Notes under the pieces: model-generated | Databases searched by the model: none | Seen by the model: the letters and a program-made list of their open reading frames with translations, nothing else | Told to the model about the DNA's origin: nothing | Program-made: the position numbers and the translations under genes | Origin: Anaerohalosphaeraceae bacterium | GTDB lineage: Bacteria; Planctomycetota; Phycisphaerae; Sedimentisphaerales; Anaerohalosphaeraceae | Assembly (NCBI GenBank): GCA_963675525.2 | Contig: CAXXSL010000018.1 | Location: 32,001-96,000 of the forward strand | Direction: 5' to 3' | DNA length: 64,000 nucleotides | Shown here: one piece after another, positions 8,860 to 18,772 of the stretch | Position numbering within the stretch: position 1 is the stretch's first letter | Layout of the letters: the number at the start of each line of letters is the position of its first letter

Positions 8860-11382
8860 TTAATTTTCCGGCCACTCTCCAATTTTCAACACGTCCATAT
8901 CATTTTTGTCTGTTGAAGGCATCAAGAGCATCAGGGACATACCGGAAACTTCATCGGGCAAATTACGGATTTTTTCAATCGGCATGATCATTCCGGCAGT
9001 CGTCAAAGCATCTGCTAAAGAAGCGTTTGCCCTCAATCTAATCCAGCACGCTGTTCTGTCTATAATGGGCTGCCCGCTAAAGGGATTAATGATATGCTCT
9101 CCGCCCTGGAGTCCTGAACAACTGAAGACTTCATTTTCCAGTTGAAGCTGCATCATCGTTTTCTGGTCGATGGGGCTTGTCAGTGTGATGGGCCAGCCGT
9201 TTTTTCCAGATGGCTTATTTAATGCACGAACGGAACTGGCTCCCCCGTGTATCAAGGCCTTCTCGATCCCCCATTCATTCAGTATTTCTGCGATCCTGTC
9301 CACCGCATACCCTTTTCCAATGCCTCCCAAATCAAGACTGATTGCCGCGTCGGTTACCATAACAGCCTGGCGATCGGTGTGCAACTCAAGCATTTTCATA
9401 CTTGGAAGATTGGCTTGAAGAGAAAGGACCATCTCAGAATCGCCTTCCTTCCAGGCAATAATGAGATCACTAATGGTTATATCGAACGCCCCATCGGTCA
9501 GTTGTGAGGCTTCTTGAGCAATTTTAAGACATCGAAACGTGTCTTCATCGACAATTATCTCTTCTCCGGGCATGAGCGCATTGATCCGGTTAACGTCACT
9601 GCTTTCAATAAAGCGACTTAGCAAACTCTCCAACCGGTCCACCTCATTGAACGCCGCTCGCGCAGCTTGACCTGCATAGGTTCCACGGGTATCCTGAATA
9701 AAGATCTCATAATCAGTATTCATAGCCCGATGGCTGAATTTAAGAAGGTTTTCGATCTGTTTTTTGTCGGGCTTGCTCGCCAGGACATTTTCCTTTTGCT
9801 CTTGTGTCACAGGCATTGATTCCTTATCAGCGTTCATGTGATCCCATAGATCTTTGCGAACATATCCTCGCCATTCTACCTTTGGACGTAACTCAACATA
9901 GTCTTCGAAAAGCGGCATATACAGATTTTGTTGGCCGGGTTCGGGCGCTGAATACAAAACATTGAGAAGCTCCGGTTCATGCCTGGCATTAGCAAGGATG
10001 ATCGACGCAGTACAGGCCGAAGCATCAACCTGCGACCAATAGCCGACGTTTGTAAATGTACGCAGGTACCACGGAATCGGCCAGTAATCATCTCCCTCAG
10101 CGATCACCTGAATGGAAACTTGCTTTCCGGCCTCCGACACAGCGGCGGCTTTATTAATCGCTTCGACCATTGTATAAACATCCGTCGAGGTATGGGCATA
10201 CACGTAAGGATTGATCGGATCGGAAGAATAACGGAAGTTCAGCATCCAGCTTTGAACAATGGGACCGGCGATAACAAAAATAAAAATCAATAATCCCATA
10301 CATATTTTCCCCGGGATCTTTACTGATATAACAAGAAGCCGGTCAATCGCGACCCCTGCCAAAACTGCCATTCCATAAAGAAAACTCAACATACACCAAG
10401 GAGTCTTGTAGGGAATTAAGGCATAGATGACGGTCAATGTGAGTGTGTAGATCGCAATAAATTGTCCGAACCCCGCCTTGTCAGGTCTCGTCTTTGTCCG
10501 AAATAAAATAAAACATAACCCCATCAACGCCAAGGCGGCAATACCATCTTCGTTCCAGGAGATCGGTTCGATGAACTCCAGCCAGGTCAGCAGGTCCAAA
10601 TAGTAATACCACGGATGGATGTGGACGCTCTGACCGGCGCCACGCTTTAGCCAGATGCCGTACGTAGACACTGAATCGAGAATCCCCTGGGGATTTGTTC
10701 CAAATGATGAATAAAGCAGGGCCGATGTGAGACCCATTGCAACAACAGCGGATAGTAAATGAGAGATTCTCGGTTTTTTGCAGGGTTTATGCCAAATCCG
10801 GAAAAAAAATAAGGCGAGCAAGGCTGTACCAAAAGAGAAGACAAATGTTTCTTTTGATGCGTGCATCAACCCGGCCGCAATGCCGGACAAAATCAGCCAG
10901 ATGCCTTTTTGCGTTTTGAAATATTGCCAGAGACCGCCTAAGAACCAGCTCGTAAAAAAGACCAACAACATTTCCTGAATATAATATCGACTGTAATAGA
11001 CAAACGCAGGAGAAAAAGCAATCAACATGGAAGCAAAAAACACCGCCCTCCTGTTTATGTCCTTGAGAAAAAACAGCGGCGTCAATATCAGTCCGATCCC
11101 AAAGACGGCAGAAATCAGACGCAGGCTCGCTTCGTTGATTTCAGAATAATTTTTTTCACCTCGTAAAAAAGTGCACACCCGTGTAAAGTAATTCAGGGTT
11201 GGCCCATGAAATTCTTCGGGGTCATATACATAATCGCCCTTCTGGAGAAGGGCTGAGAATTTTTCGGCATGTACTGCCTCATCGGTGTGCATCGGGCGGT
11301 CGTTTAATCGCCACAAGCGAAAAAAAGACCCTCCTGTTACAACAAGAATGAATGCCAAAATCCAAGTGTATTTGGTTCTCAT
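8860..11382 (-). CDS. Fusion of a TIGR03663/Agl23-like GT-C (PMT_2-type) membrane glycosyltransferase and a C-terminal ApbE FAD:protein FMN transferase domain
   Basis: N-part: RPMHTDEAVHA, YDPEEFHGP, YYSRYYIQE, ASKE, YKTPW, DYWPIPWYLR and many TM helices. C-part: AMNT, LSRFIESSDVNRIN, TDGAFDIT, DLGGIGKGYAVD, HIINP, ADALTTA. Confidence 0.85.
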   Translation of the reverse strand: MRTKYTWILAFILVVTGGSFFRLWRLNDRPMHTDEAVHAEKFSALLQKGDYVYDPEEFHGPTLNYFTRVCTFLRGEKNYSEINEASLRLISAVFGIGLILTPLFFLKDINRRAVFFASMLIAFSPAFVYYSRYYIQEMLLVFFTSWFLGGLWQYFKTQKGIWLILSGIAAGLMHASKETFVFSFGTALLALFFFRIWHKPCKKPRISHLLSAVVAMGLTSALLYSSFGTNPQGILDSVSTYGIWLKRGAGQSVHIHPWYYYLDLLTWLEFIEPISWNEDGIAALALMGLCFILFRTKTRPDKAGFGQFIAIYTLTLTVIYALIPYKTPWCMLSFLYGMAVLAGVAIDRLLVISVKIPGKICMGLLIFIFVIAGPIVQSWMLNFRYSSDPINPYVYAHTSTDVYTMVEAINKAAAVSEAGKQVSIQVIAEGDDYWPIPWYLRTFTNVGYWSQVDASACTASIILANARHEPELLNVLYSAPEPGQQNLYMPLFEDYVELRPKVEWRGYVRKDLWDHMNADKESMPVTQEQKENVLASKPDKKQIENLLKFSHRAMNTDYEIFIQDTRGTYAGQAARAAFNEVDRLESLLSRFIESSDVNRINALMPGEEIIVDEDTFRCLKIAQEASQLTDGAFDITISDLIIAWKEGDSEMVLSLQANLPSMKMLELHTDRQAVMVTDAAISLDLGGIGKGYAVDRIAEILNEWGIEKALIHGGASSVRALNKPSGKNGWPITLTSPIDQKTMMQLQLENEVFSCSGLQGGEHIINPFSGQPIIDRTACWIRLRANASLADALTTAGMIMPIEKIRNLPDEVSGMSLMLLMPSTDKNDMDVLKIGEWPEN

Positions 11383-11385
11383 CGG

Positions 11386-12213
11386 CTATTGGCCAAAGAT
11401 TTCGACTTCGATATAGTGACTGTAATCGTTCTGGTTATTACCCTGGCTGTATAAACGAACATAACGTGCTGTTATTCCTTTGGCATCAACGAGTTTTCCT
11501 TCGGCTTTATCAATATAGTGCTGGTCCTGGCCGACCCCTAATCCCAGTGAATTATCGAGATCATTATTAAACAGGGTCCTTACATCGGTAATGAATTCGG
11601 GATCATCGGAAACCTGCACAACCACGTCAAAGTAAACACGAGCTGTTTTGTGGAAGTGCCAGAAGACAATCGCATATAATTTGTACGCATCGCCAAGATC
11701 CACTTGTACCCATTGCTTAAACGGCCCTAACTCAATCACGCTGCCTTCGGTGGCATCCTTGTCCCCATCCACAAGCATTTCCAGATTGCCTGTAATCGGA
11801 TCCATCTCCGAACTGGTCACGCGTTTATTCAGTGCCAGATTCCTGACACCCTTGGGGGCAAGAAAAGCAGGACGCGGCCGCTTTGTGTCCGGCTCAAGAC
11901 GCTCGATGCCAGACAGATTTTCCGGGGTCCCCACAAACATTGGCTTGGGCAGTTCCAAAGGAAGCGGTGCCATGGCTGTTTCTGTACTTTCCTGCAACTT
12001 AACCGGTTCGGGCTCAGCAGGCTGAGTTTCTACAACTTCCGTCTGAGGCTGTTGAGCAACAGTGTCTTGTGCAGTGGCACTTTTCGATTGTTGTCCAGAG
12101 GCCTGCGGTTCTTCTACAGGCGTTTGCTTTTTACAACTGCTTATCATAAGAAGCGATAACACCAACAGGCTTAAGATCCCAACACATCTCATACAATATC
12201 TCCCAATCATCAC
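11386..12213 (-). CDS. Lipoprotein with discoidin (F5/8 type C)/galactose-binding-like domain
   Basis: Lipobox ISSC, Q/P/E-rich linker, NLALNKRVTSS, QWVQVDLG, ARYVRLYS, EVEIFG. Confidence 0.75.
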   Translation of the reverse strand: MMIGRYCMRCVGILSLLVLSLLMISSCKKQTPVEEPQASGQQSKSATAQDTVAQQPQTEVVETQPAEPEPVKLQESTETAMAPLPLELPKPMFVGTPENLSGIERLEPDTKRPRPAFLAPKGVRNLALNKRVTSSEMDPITGNLEMLVDGDKDATEGSVIELGPFKQWVQVDLGDAYKLYAIVFWHFHKTARVYFDVVVQVSDDPEFITDVRTLFNNDLDNSLGLGVGQDQHYIDKAEGKLVDAKGITARYVRLYSQGNNQNDYSHYIEVEIFGQ

Positions 12214-12244
12214 TTTATTTTACGTTCATCATACATAAATTACG

Positions 12245-13435
12245 TTATCCTGCAGCACCTTTGATCTGTCCAAGGATTATCGCCAAAATCACCAACAGCA
12301 CACAAGCCGGCAACAGCAGCTTGAGACTTTTCTGGATCGATGCTCCCTTGGCAACGTTACCCATCATTTTGGGGACAATCACAGCACCTGCCAGACCAAT
12401 GGCAAAGATAATCCCAAAAACGCTGCCGTAAACTTCCGGCGAAAACTTTGAGAACGTTACACCAACCGTGGTCGGAAAACAGGGTGCAAAAGAAAGGCCT
12501 GCCAATATCGCCAGGATATTCGCCATAACGCCTTTGGAACAAGCCATCATCAAAAAGATTACCACCCCGGCAACAACTGCGGCCCCAGCTATCACCCAAC
12601 CGCCATTTGCCGTCAGATCAAAATTGATCTTGGCGGGCAGTAAACTGGTTGCCAATCGTCCAATCATCATCGCAATTGCAAAAAAGGACAACAATCGCTG
12701 ACCGGATGCATCCGCAACACCAGCATCGATCCCGGCATTTTCCTTTCGGACGACTTCTTTGCCGAAAGACGGCAGCCAGTTACAGAATGACGATTCCAGA
12801 GCAATATAACAAAACAGGACAAATGCCGCAACCAGAACAGCCGGCTGACTAAGCAGTTTAGCCGTTGCAGAAAAATCAAGTTTCGCCGCGCTGACCGGAT
12901 AGCCTTTTGCGAGAAATGCTACGATTGCCGGCAAGATAATAATCACACCCAAAACCGAGACGGCTACTTCATAACTCGTTTTACGGAATAAAAAACTGAC
13001 GATCAACGGTGTCAGAAACAGGCCCAGACAGAAAAAGACATTGATCATATTACTGGCTCTTGCCATATCTTCACCACCAAATAAAACCTGCGGACCCATA
13101 ACATTACCTGCAGTATTCATTGCCATTGCTCCGATACCCAGCAGGATACAGGGCAACATTACCATACTGTAACTTTTGCCTGATGCCAAAATGAAGATAC
13201 AGATCGCCGTCGCAATAAAACCGATCACGGCAACCCATTTAAATCCGATTGTATCGGAAACAACGCCAATTAACAGGGAAGCAATAAGGCAGGAAAACAT
13301 AAACGTCGAGATCAGCGTTCCGAATTTACTCTCGTCGATTTTCAGTCGCGGCATCAACTTGACACTGATCGATCCGAGCAATGCAAAACACATCCCTAAG
13401 CCAAATACACACATTAATGCAACGATCTGTACCAT
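12245..13435 (-). CDS. MFS transporter (FucP/glucose-galactose permease-like)
   Basis: About 12 hydrophobic segments; GVVSDTIG motif-A-like; YIALESSFCNW; APCFPT. Confidence 0.85.
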   Translation of the reverse strand: MVQIVALMCVFGLGMCFALLGSISVKLMPRLKIDESKFGTLISTFMFSCLIASLLIGVVSDTIGFKWVAVIGFIATAICIFILASGKSYSMVMLPCILLGIGAMAMNTAGNVMGPQVLFGGEDMARASNMINVFFCLGLFLTPLIVSFLFRKTSYEVAVSVLGVIIILPAIVAFLAKGYPVSAAKLDFSATAKLLSQPAVLVAAFVLFCYIALESSFCNWLPSFGKEVVRKENAGIDAGVADASGQRLLSFFAIAMMIGRLATSLLPAKINFDLTANGGWVIAGAAVVAGVVIFLMMACSKGVMANILAILAGLSFAPCFPTTVGVTFSKFSPEVYGSVFGIIFAIGLAGAVIVPKMMGNVAKGASIQKSLKLLLPACVLLVILAIILGQIKGAAG

Positions 13436-13472
13436 TGTTCAATCCTTTCAACCTTCTAACATTGCGTTTTGG

Positions 13473-14126
13473 TTATCCATTATTCAAATCTTTTCGAATC
13501 CCCATTCGAATCAGCATGTATAGTTCAATTATCGCAAGCAATCCGAAGCCCAGAGCACTCCAGCGATGCGCATCATACAAAAATTCCTGCCCTTCGGTTC
13601 CAAATAGCGGCAGCATACTCAATACCATTGTCAGTGTCACCGGCAAGGCCATCGCCGCCAACAGCCAGAAACCAACTTTGGCACCAATACCGGTATCTGT
13701 AACCCAACACCCCTCGCCGCTGCATCGAAAGCCCGGAGGGATTGCCTCGGCGTCTTTTTTATTAAACGCATATTCACCCGCGCCGAACAAGACAATAATC
13801 GCCGAACAGCCGATAAAAACCGGGGCAAATGTCGCATGAATCATCAACAAATAACCATGCAGTTTATATCCAAAAACCAGCGGGACAAAACCGGTCATCA
13901 CCAGAACCGAAAAACTTAACAGCCCCAGCAGAAAAACAAGTTTGTGAATTTTCACATGCAGGCGAAGCTTTTTCTCCGGAAACAACATCGCCAGTAAATG
14001 TACTTTTTTATTAATCCGTGGTTTAATCGAAAAACGCGGTTCATTTCCACAGGGAAAGAGCAAATGATGCAAAACGATCCCGATCAGAACGGACGCAAAC
14101 CCTATGATTGAAAACCATCTAAACAT
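13473..14126 (-). CDS. Cytochrome b-like membrane subunit (FdnI/DUF4405-like), partner of the multiheme cytochrome
   Basis: About 5 TM helices with His residues (IHKL, LMIHATF, DAHRW). The ATG at 14126 overlaps the cytochrome c stop region. Confidence 0.6.
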   Translation of the reverse strand: MFRWFSIIGFASVLIGIVLHHLLFPCGNEPRFSIKPRINKKVHLLAMLFPEKKLRLHVKIHKLVFLLGLLSFSVLVMTGFVPLVFGYKLHGYLLMIHATFAPVFIGCSAIIVLFGAGEYAFNKKDAEAIPPGFRCSGEGCWVTDTGIGAKVGFWLLAAMALPVTLTMVLSMLPLFGTEGQEFLYDAHRWSALGFGLLAIIELYMLIRMGIRKDLNNG

Positions 14127-15954
14127 CTTTTTTACTCCCCTCTGCACAAGCATTCGAGATCGCAGCAACGGCCCGGAGTATGTATGCCAGGACAACCAGA
14201 CCGATCAGACAGCAGGAAGCGAAGGCCACAATTTTCAGTATCGGCCGAAAAACAAATGACGCGTTGAACAACCGCATGTACAACCTGTCAACTCCCTGTA
14301 GTTCAACCATTTCCACAAATTGCGCCCCGGCCTCTGTTCGGACGGGTGTGTCAATTTCAACGTTGCCGAAGAAAAACGGAGAATCCGTTGTATGGCAGTC
14401 TTTGCATAAGTGAACCCCCAGGGACTGTTCCGCCGGCCGGACATCATGAGCTAGCGGCCAGGCATAAGGCTGTGCAGCAACATGGCTGCCGCTGGTAATT
14501 TTGCCTTCAGCGCCCAGTTGATAAATTTTTCCACCGGCAATATAAACGGGTCTTGAATCCTCCTGTCCCAATAACAACAGTACCTTCTGAATCTTCTCCA
14601 TAGTCAGAGGGCGCCAATCATCAATCTTATCGACATCGGCATCCAAAACAGATCCTGCTTTTTCAAGGACTTGTTTGGGGGGAATCGGCACGATCTTTTC
14701 CCCCATCGCAAGTCCCCAATAAGCCGGCCAAAACATCTTGTAAGGACCGATCTTGTCGTCAGTGCCCTTCATCAGGACCGGGGCATACACATGCGGCTGG
14801 GTGATTTTCAGATCATGTTTTCCATGAAGACCGGTTTTATGAATTCTGGCCGTTTGCCAGCGACTGGATGTCTGCTGGGGCCAGGTTCCCGAATGACACG
14901 CCGTACAGGTCAATTTCTCAAAATGAATGGTCGGAATACCGCGGTGCAAAGGCTTCGGTGAACCGAGACGGCCCAATTCAGGCATCTCTGTATGATCGCC
15001 TAAATGACAGCCTTCGCAGGTCAGCGACTTTCCCGGGCCTTCAGTTTCAACACCCCGGGTGATCATGTGATCATCCCCGTTACGGTGACAATCGATACAG
15101 TTCAAACCGGAATTCAGGTGAACGTCCTCATCCTGGGTCCATACTCTGTCTTCGCTTACATCCAAGTTGTGATTGGAATGGCAGAAATAACATCGGTCAT
15201 TGGTACCCAATGTAATATCGAAAAAGACCTTGTCATCCGCATCAAATACATCTTTATTGTAAGACACCTCGATGCCTTTGTCGAACTCCGGATCAAAAAA
15301 ATCGTCCAGACTCAACGCAACCCCTTCAACAACCGCCTTGCCGCTGGAAGCCGTGGGAATCCACCGATAATTCTGGCGAGCAGCCTGTAGGGCGGCCATG
15401 CTCTGGTCCTCATGAGGGCTGCTGTGATGGCAGGCCAGGCAATTGATCTCATACTTACCGCTGATCTCCTGACGAATGGCCTCATCGGGATTATCAGCGC
15501 TCATCTGACCATAGCTGCCGCCGGGGAAGTGACTGTAAAAGGTTTTCAAAAACTCCCAAGGGCTGATGCCCAATTCCTCCGGGGTGTACGTTCCGGCCCA
15601 GTTTCGGGCTGTAACCGGAATCTGTGTACGCGTCCTGGAGTCTGTGAGTACCCATGGCTGACCCGACCGGCCCGATTTCACCTGCGGGTTGTGCCCGTTA
15701 AAATGCCACCCCTGTTCGATTTTTTGATAGTCATGACACTGGCCGCAGGTTTTTTCGATAGAAAACGGCTTTGAATCCTTGCCATTGGCACGAATCTGCA
15801 CCCCGTTTTCATCGAACAGTTCGAAGCGATGCACCGGTCTGCTGCGGTTTCCGTCGTTACCGTCTCCAATCAACTCAGTCTGGCCGACAACCGATCCGGC
15901 AATCGCATTTGACAGGACACATACGATTATGAATGTCAGTACGACGTTTTTCAA
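14119..15954 (-). CDS. Multiheme cytochrome c (7 CxxCH) with signal peptide and C-terminal membrane anchor
   Basis: CGQCH, CLACH, CYFCH, CIDCH, CEGCH, CTACH, CKDCH; hydrophobic C-terminal helix. Confidence 0.9.
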   Translation of the reverse strand: MKNVVLTFIIVCVLSNAIAGSVVGQTELIGDGNDGNRSRPVHRFELFDENGVQIRANGKDSKPFSIEKTCGQCHDYQKIEQGWHFNGHNPQVKSGRSGQPWVLTDSRTRTQIPVTARNWAGTYTPEELGISPWEFLKTFYSHFPGGSYGQMSADNPDEAIRQEISGKYEINCLACHHSSPHEDQSMAALQAARQNYRWIPTASSGKAVVEGVALSLDDFFDPEFDKGIEVSYNKDVFDADDKVFFDITLGTNDRCYFCHSNHNLDVSEDRVWTQDEDVHLNSGLNCIDCHRNGDDHMITRGVETEGPGKSLTCEGCHLGDHTEMPELGRLGSPKPLHRGIPTIHFEKLTCTACHSGTWPQQTSSRWQTARIHKTGLHGKHDLKITQPHVYAPVLMKGTDDKIGPYKMFWPAYWGLAMGEKIVPIPPKQVLEKAGSVLDADVDKIDDWRPLTMEKIQKVLLLLGQEDSRPVYIAGGKIYQLGAEGKITSGSHVAAQPYAWPLAHDVRPAEQSLGVHLCKDCHTTDSPFFFGNVEIDTPVRTEAGAQFVEMVELQGVDRLYMRLFNASFVFRPILKIVAFASCCLIGLVVLAYILRAVAAISNACAEGSKKDV

Positions 15955-15969
15955 TATTTTCCTTATTGT

Positions 15970-17328
15970 TTAAATTTTAACCTTGAAATCCTCTGGCTGA
16001 AAATCTATACGCGCCGCTTTGGCAACCGCTTCATTGACTTTTAGAACCGTCACCGCTGTTTCATAACCAATTTCTGCGGAGCAATTCAATGTCTCAATGC
16101 CTCTAATCGAATTAAAGAAATTTATCAAATGCGGCTGATGATAGGGATCGTTAAACTTAACCGGCAATTTGTATTCGGCCGCGGGCACCGTTTCACGAAC
16201 ATCCAATACGGCATCTGTTTTTTCATTGTCAGCAACTTTTAATCCTTTTGCCTTTTCGATATACCCTTTGGCCACCCACGGGTCCCACTTGGCCTCATCC
16301 ACCCAGCCCTCTCGATAAATACTGCCCCGGCTGGAAGCCTCTGAAATAAGCAGCGTGCCTTCATCGCCCATGAAGCTTTCAAAATAACCGTTGGCACTGT
16401 TGGTGGTCAATGTCTGGTAAAACGCACGTACCGGACCGACTTCCGTCTCATATTCATAAATTGCCATCACATTATCATACCACTCGTGGCCTTTCCAGTA
16501 ATCCACACCCCCGCTGGCAATAATGCTCTTGGGTTGAGCGTTCAAAAACCAACTGTAGATATCAATCTGATGACTGCCCAGATCAACGATCGGCCCGCCG
16601 CCAAGTCCTTTGTACCATCGCCAGTTTCGGAACTGGGTCATATCCTTAAATCCGTATTGATTCAGGGTTGCCTGATCGATTTCGGTCCCTTCAGGCCAGC
16701 CCAGATCTTCGCACGATTCCTTGCTGCGATTCCACTGGCCGTTAATCGTGGTGATTTGTCCGATTAAACCGGCTTCCTGGATAAGTTTCTCATAACAGTG
16801 CCGATACCGGGGGTTACTGCGGCGCTGGTGGCCGATCTGCAATAATTTTCCGCTGGACCTTTGGGCCTCAACCATTTTCCGAGCACCTTCAAGGGTATTG
16901 CTCATTTCCTTTTCACAATACACATGCAGTCCTTTTCCAAGACAGGCTACCGTATGTTCAGCATGCCAGAAATCGGGTGTCGCAATGATGACCGCATCAA
17001 GATCCTTTTCAGTATCCAGCATTTCCTGATAATCAACATAGCCCGCAGATCGATAGCCGTAATACTTGCTGTAAGCTTTGAGACGCTTTTGAACCTTTTG
17101 GCGATTCACATCCCAGATATCACAGACAGCCACAAATCGAATACTGGGATCTTTTTTCTTAACAATCGCATCCATCAGCACCTGCCCCTGCGCACCGGCG
17201 CCAAGCAGCGCGACATTGATAACGTCCTTTTGGGGCGCTTCCGCTCCCAAGACTTTGCCGCTCACATAAAGACCTGCTCCAATCACAGCAGATGCCTGAA
17301 TAAAATCTCTCCGGTTGATTTTGTTCAC
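15970..17328 (-). CDS. Tat-exported Gfo/Idh/MocA oxidoreductase (EKEM variant)
   Basis: Likely GTG start at 17328 (VNKINRRDFIQ); LGAGAQG; ATPDFWH; YCEKEM; DLGSHQID. Confidence 0.88.
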   Translation of the reverse strand: MNKINRRDFIQASAVIGAGLYVSGKVLGAEAPQKDVINVALLGAGAQGQVLMDAIVKKKDPSIRFVAVCDIWDVNRQKVQKRLKAYSKYYGYRSAGYVDYQEMLDTEKDLDAVIIATPDFWHAEHTVACLGKGLHVYCEKEMSNTLEGARKMVEAQRSSGKLLQIGHQRRSNPRYRHCYEKLIQEAGLIGQITTINGQWNRSKESCEDLGWPEGTEIDQATLNQYGFKDMTQFRNWRWYKGLGGGPIVDLGSHQIDIYSWFLNAQPKSIIASGGVDYWKGHEWYDNVMAIYEYETEVGPVRAFYQTLTTNSANGYFESFMGDEGTLLISEASSRGSIYREGWVDEAKWDPWVAKGYIEKAKGLKVADNEKTDAVLDVRETVPAAEYKLPVKFNDPYHQPHLINFFNSIRGIETLNCSAEIGYETAVTVLKVNEAVAKAARIDFQPEDFKVKI

Positions 17329-17350
17329 TATGCCGACCCTTCTATAAAAA

Positions 17351-18747
17351 TTAAAGTTCCTTAATTCTAATATTTCTGTACCAGACCGCAAACCCGTGAT
17401 CCTGGAATCCGATCCAGCCTTCACGCGGAAGATCCTTATAGGCGATATCAAATTTATTCTGCGTGCCATCCGGATTCTTGTGTGCTTGGACCCAATCATT
17501 AAGATTCACATCCAGAACCGGTTGATCATTCAGCGCAACCTGGAGTTCAGGACCGTTGGCGCAAATCGTCATGCGATTCACCGACCCGGTTGCTTGACGG
17601 CATTGACCATCGGTTCCTTGATGTCATAAATACCGCCGCAAATATGCTTGTCGATTGGTTTTCCAAAGGAATCTTCAACCTGTACTTCCACCCACGGGAG
17701 CCAGGTGTGTTCCGCGGCCCTGATGAAAACGCCGCTGTTGGTTTTCTCAGCAAGCTTAAATTCAAAATCGAGAATGAAATCACCGTATTTTTTGGCGGTC
17801 CAGATATCTCCTTCGCCTTTTCGGGCCATCTGACCGTCTTCCATTGCCCAACTGTTTTCGTTAAACTCCGCATTGGAAAGATCCGTATTGAACAACGCTT
17901 TCCAGCCGGTGGGCTTTAACCCGCAAGCAACTGAATTAAAATAGGCGATCGATTCACGAATCTCCGGCAGGTTATTGTCCCAGTTATATTCATATTCGAT
18001 CGCAAAGGTTCCCTGGTAACTCTGACGGTCTAATTCTTCCAGGATTCCCTTGATGCGACCCTGTCCGGTTCCCCAGACCACATCGTGTCCATCATCAATT
18101 TCCTTGATATGCACATCGTGAATCCGGCCTTGGAGTTTCTTCAAACAATCAACCGGATCCAGACCGCTGCGTACCCAGTGCCCCACATCCGTACAGGCAC
18201 CGATCCATTTGCTTCGGCCTTCACACATCTTTAAGACGGTGTCCGGATTCCAGTAATGACTCGGGTTGGGATGATTGTGAATCGCCAGTTTTATCTCATA
18301 TTCCTGACACAATTTATCGATCAAGTCAATCTGATCCTCACCGGGCTCAGATACGATGGTCCCGATGCCCATCTCTTTGGCAAATGCAAATAATTTCCGG
18401 GCATCTGCTTGGTCGCCTGAAATTGCCGTTACACCAAAGGCAACTAACTGTACATTCGTTTCGGCCAATTTCGATTTTATGGCTTTACGCTGCTCATCTG
18501 ACAAGTCCGGCCCAAAGCCGGCAGGAATTTCCGGTGACACTTTCTGCCCCGGATAGGCTTGAATATAATCCAGTCCCATAGACCGTGTCTTCTCGATCGC
18601 CTCAAAAAGCGTGAACCGATTAAACGTCCATGCCTGGGTTCCGAGTTTCCAACCGTCATAAACATCTGTTTGAGGATGCGTCTCTGGAACACCCGCCGAC
18701 ACCATTGCTGTTATTAATATAACACACATCAATACACTATTTCGCAT
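17351..18747 (-). pseudogene. Secreted xylose-isomerase-like TIM barrel (AP_endonuc_2) + DUF1080 fusion, split by a 1-nt deletion near 17579
   Basis: AIHNH, DVGHW, HIKE and IEYE in the TIM barrel; NSGVFIR and EVQVED in DUF1080. The C-terminus GWIGFQDHG..WYRNIRIKEL lies in another frame (17351..17581). Adding one G restores PGRWNRMTI. Confidence 0.8.
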
Positions 18748-18772
18748 AAATACACCTGTTTTCTATGGGCTT

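Noticed and set aside
17329..17499. N-terminal extension of ORF 15970..17499
   Set aside because: Overlaps the DUF1080 C-terminal fragment; the Tat signal indicates a GTG start at 17328
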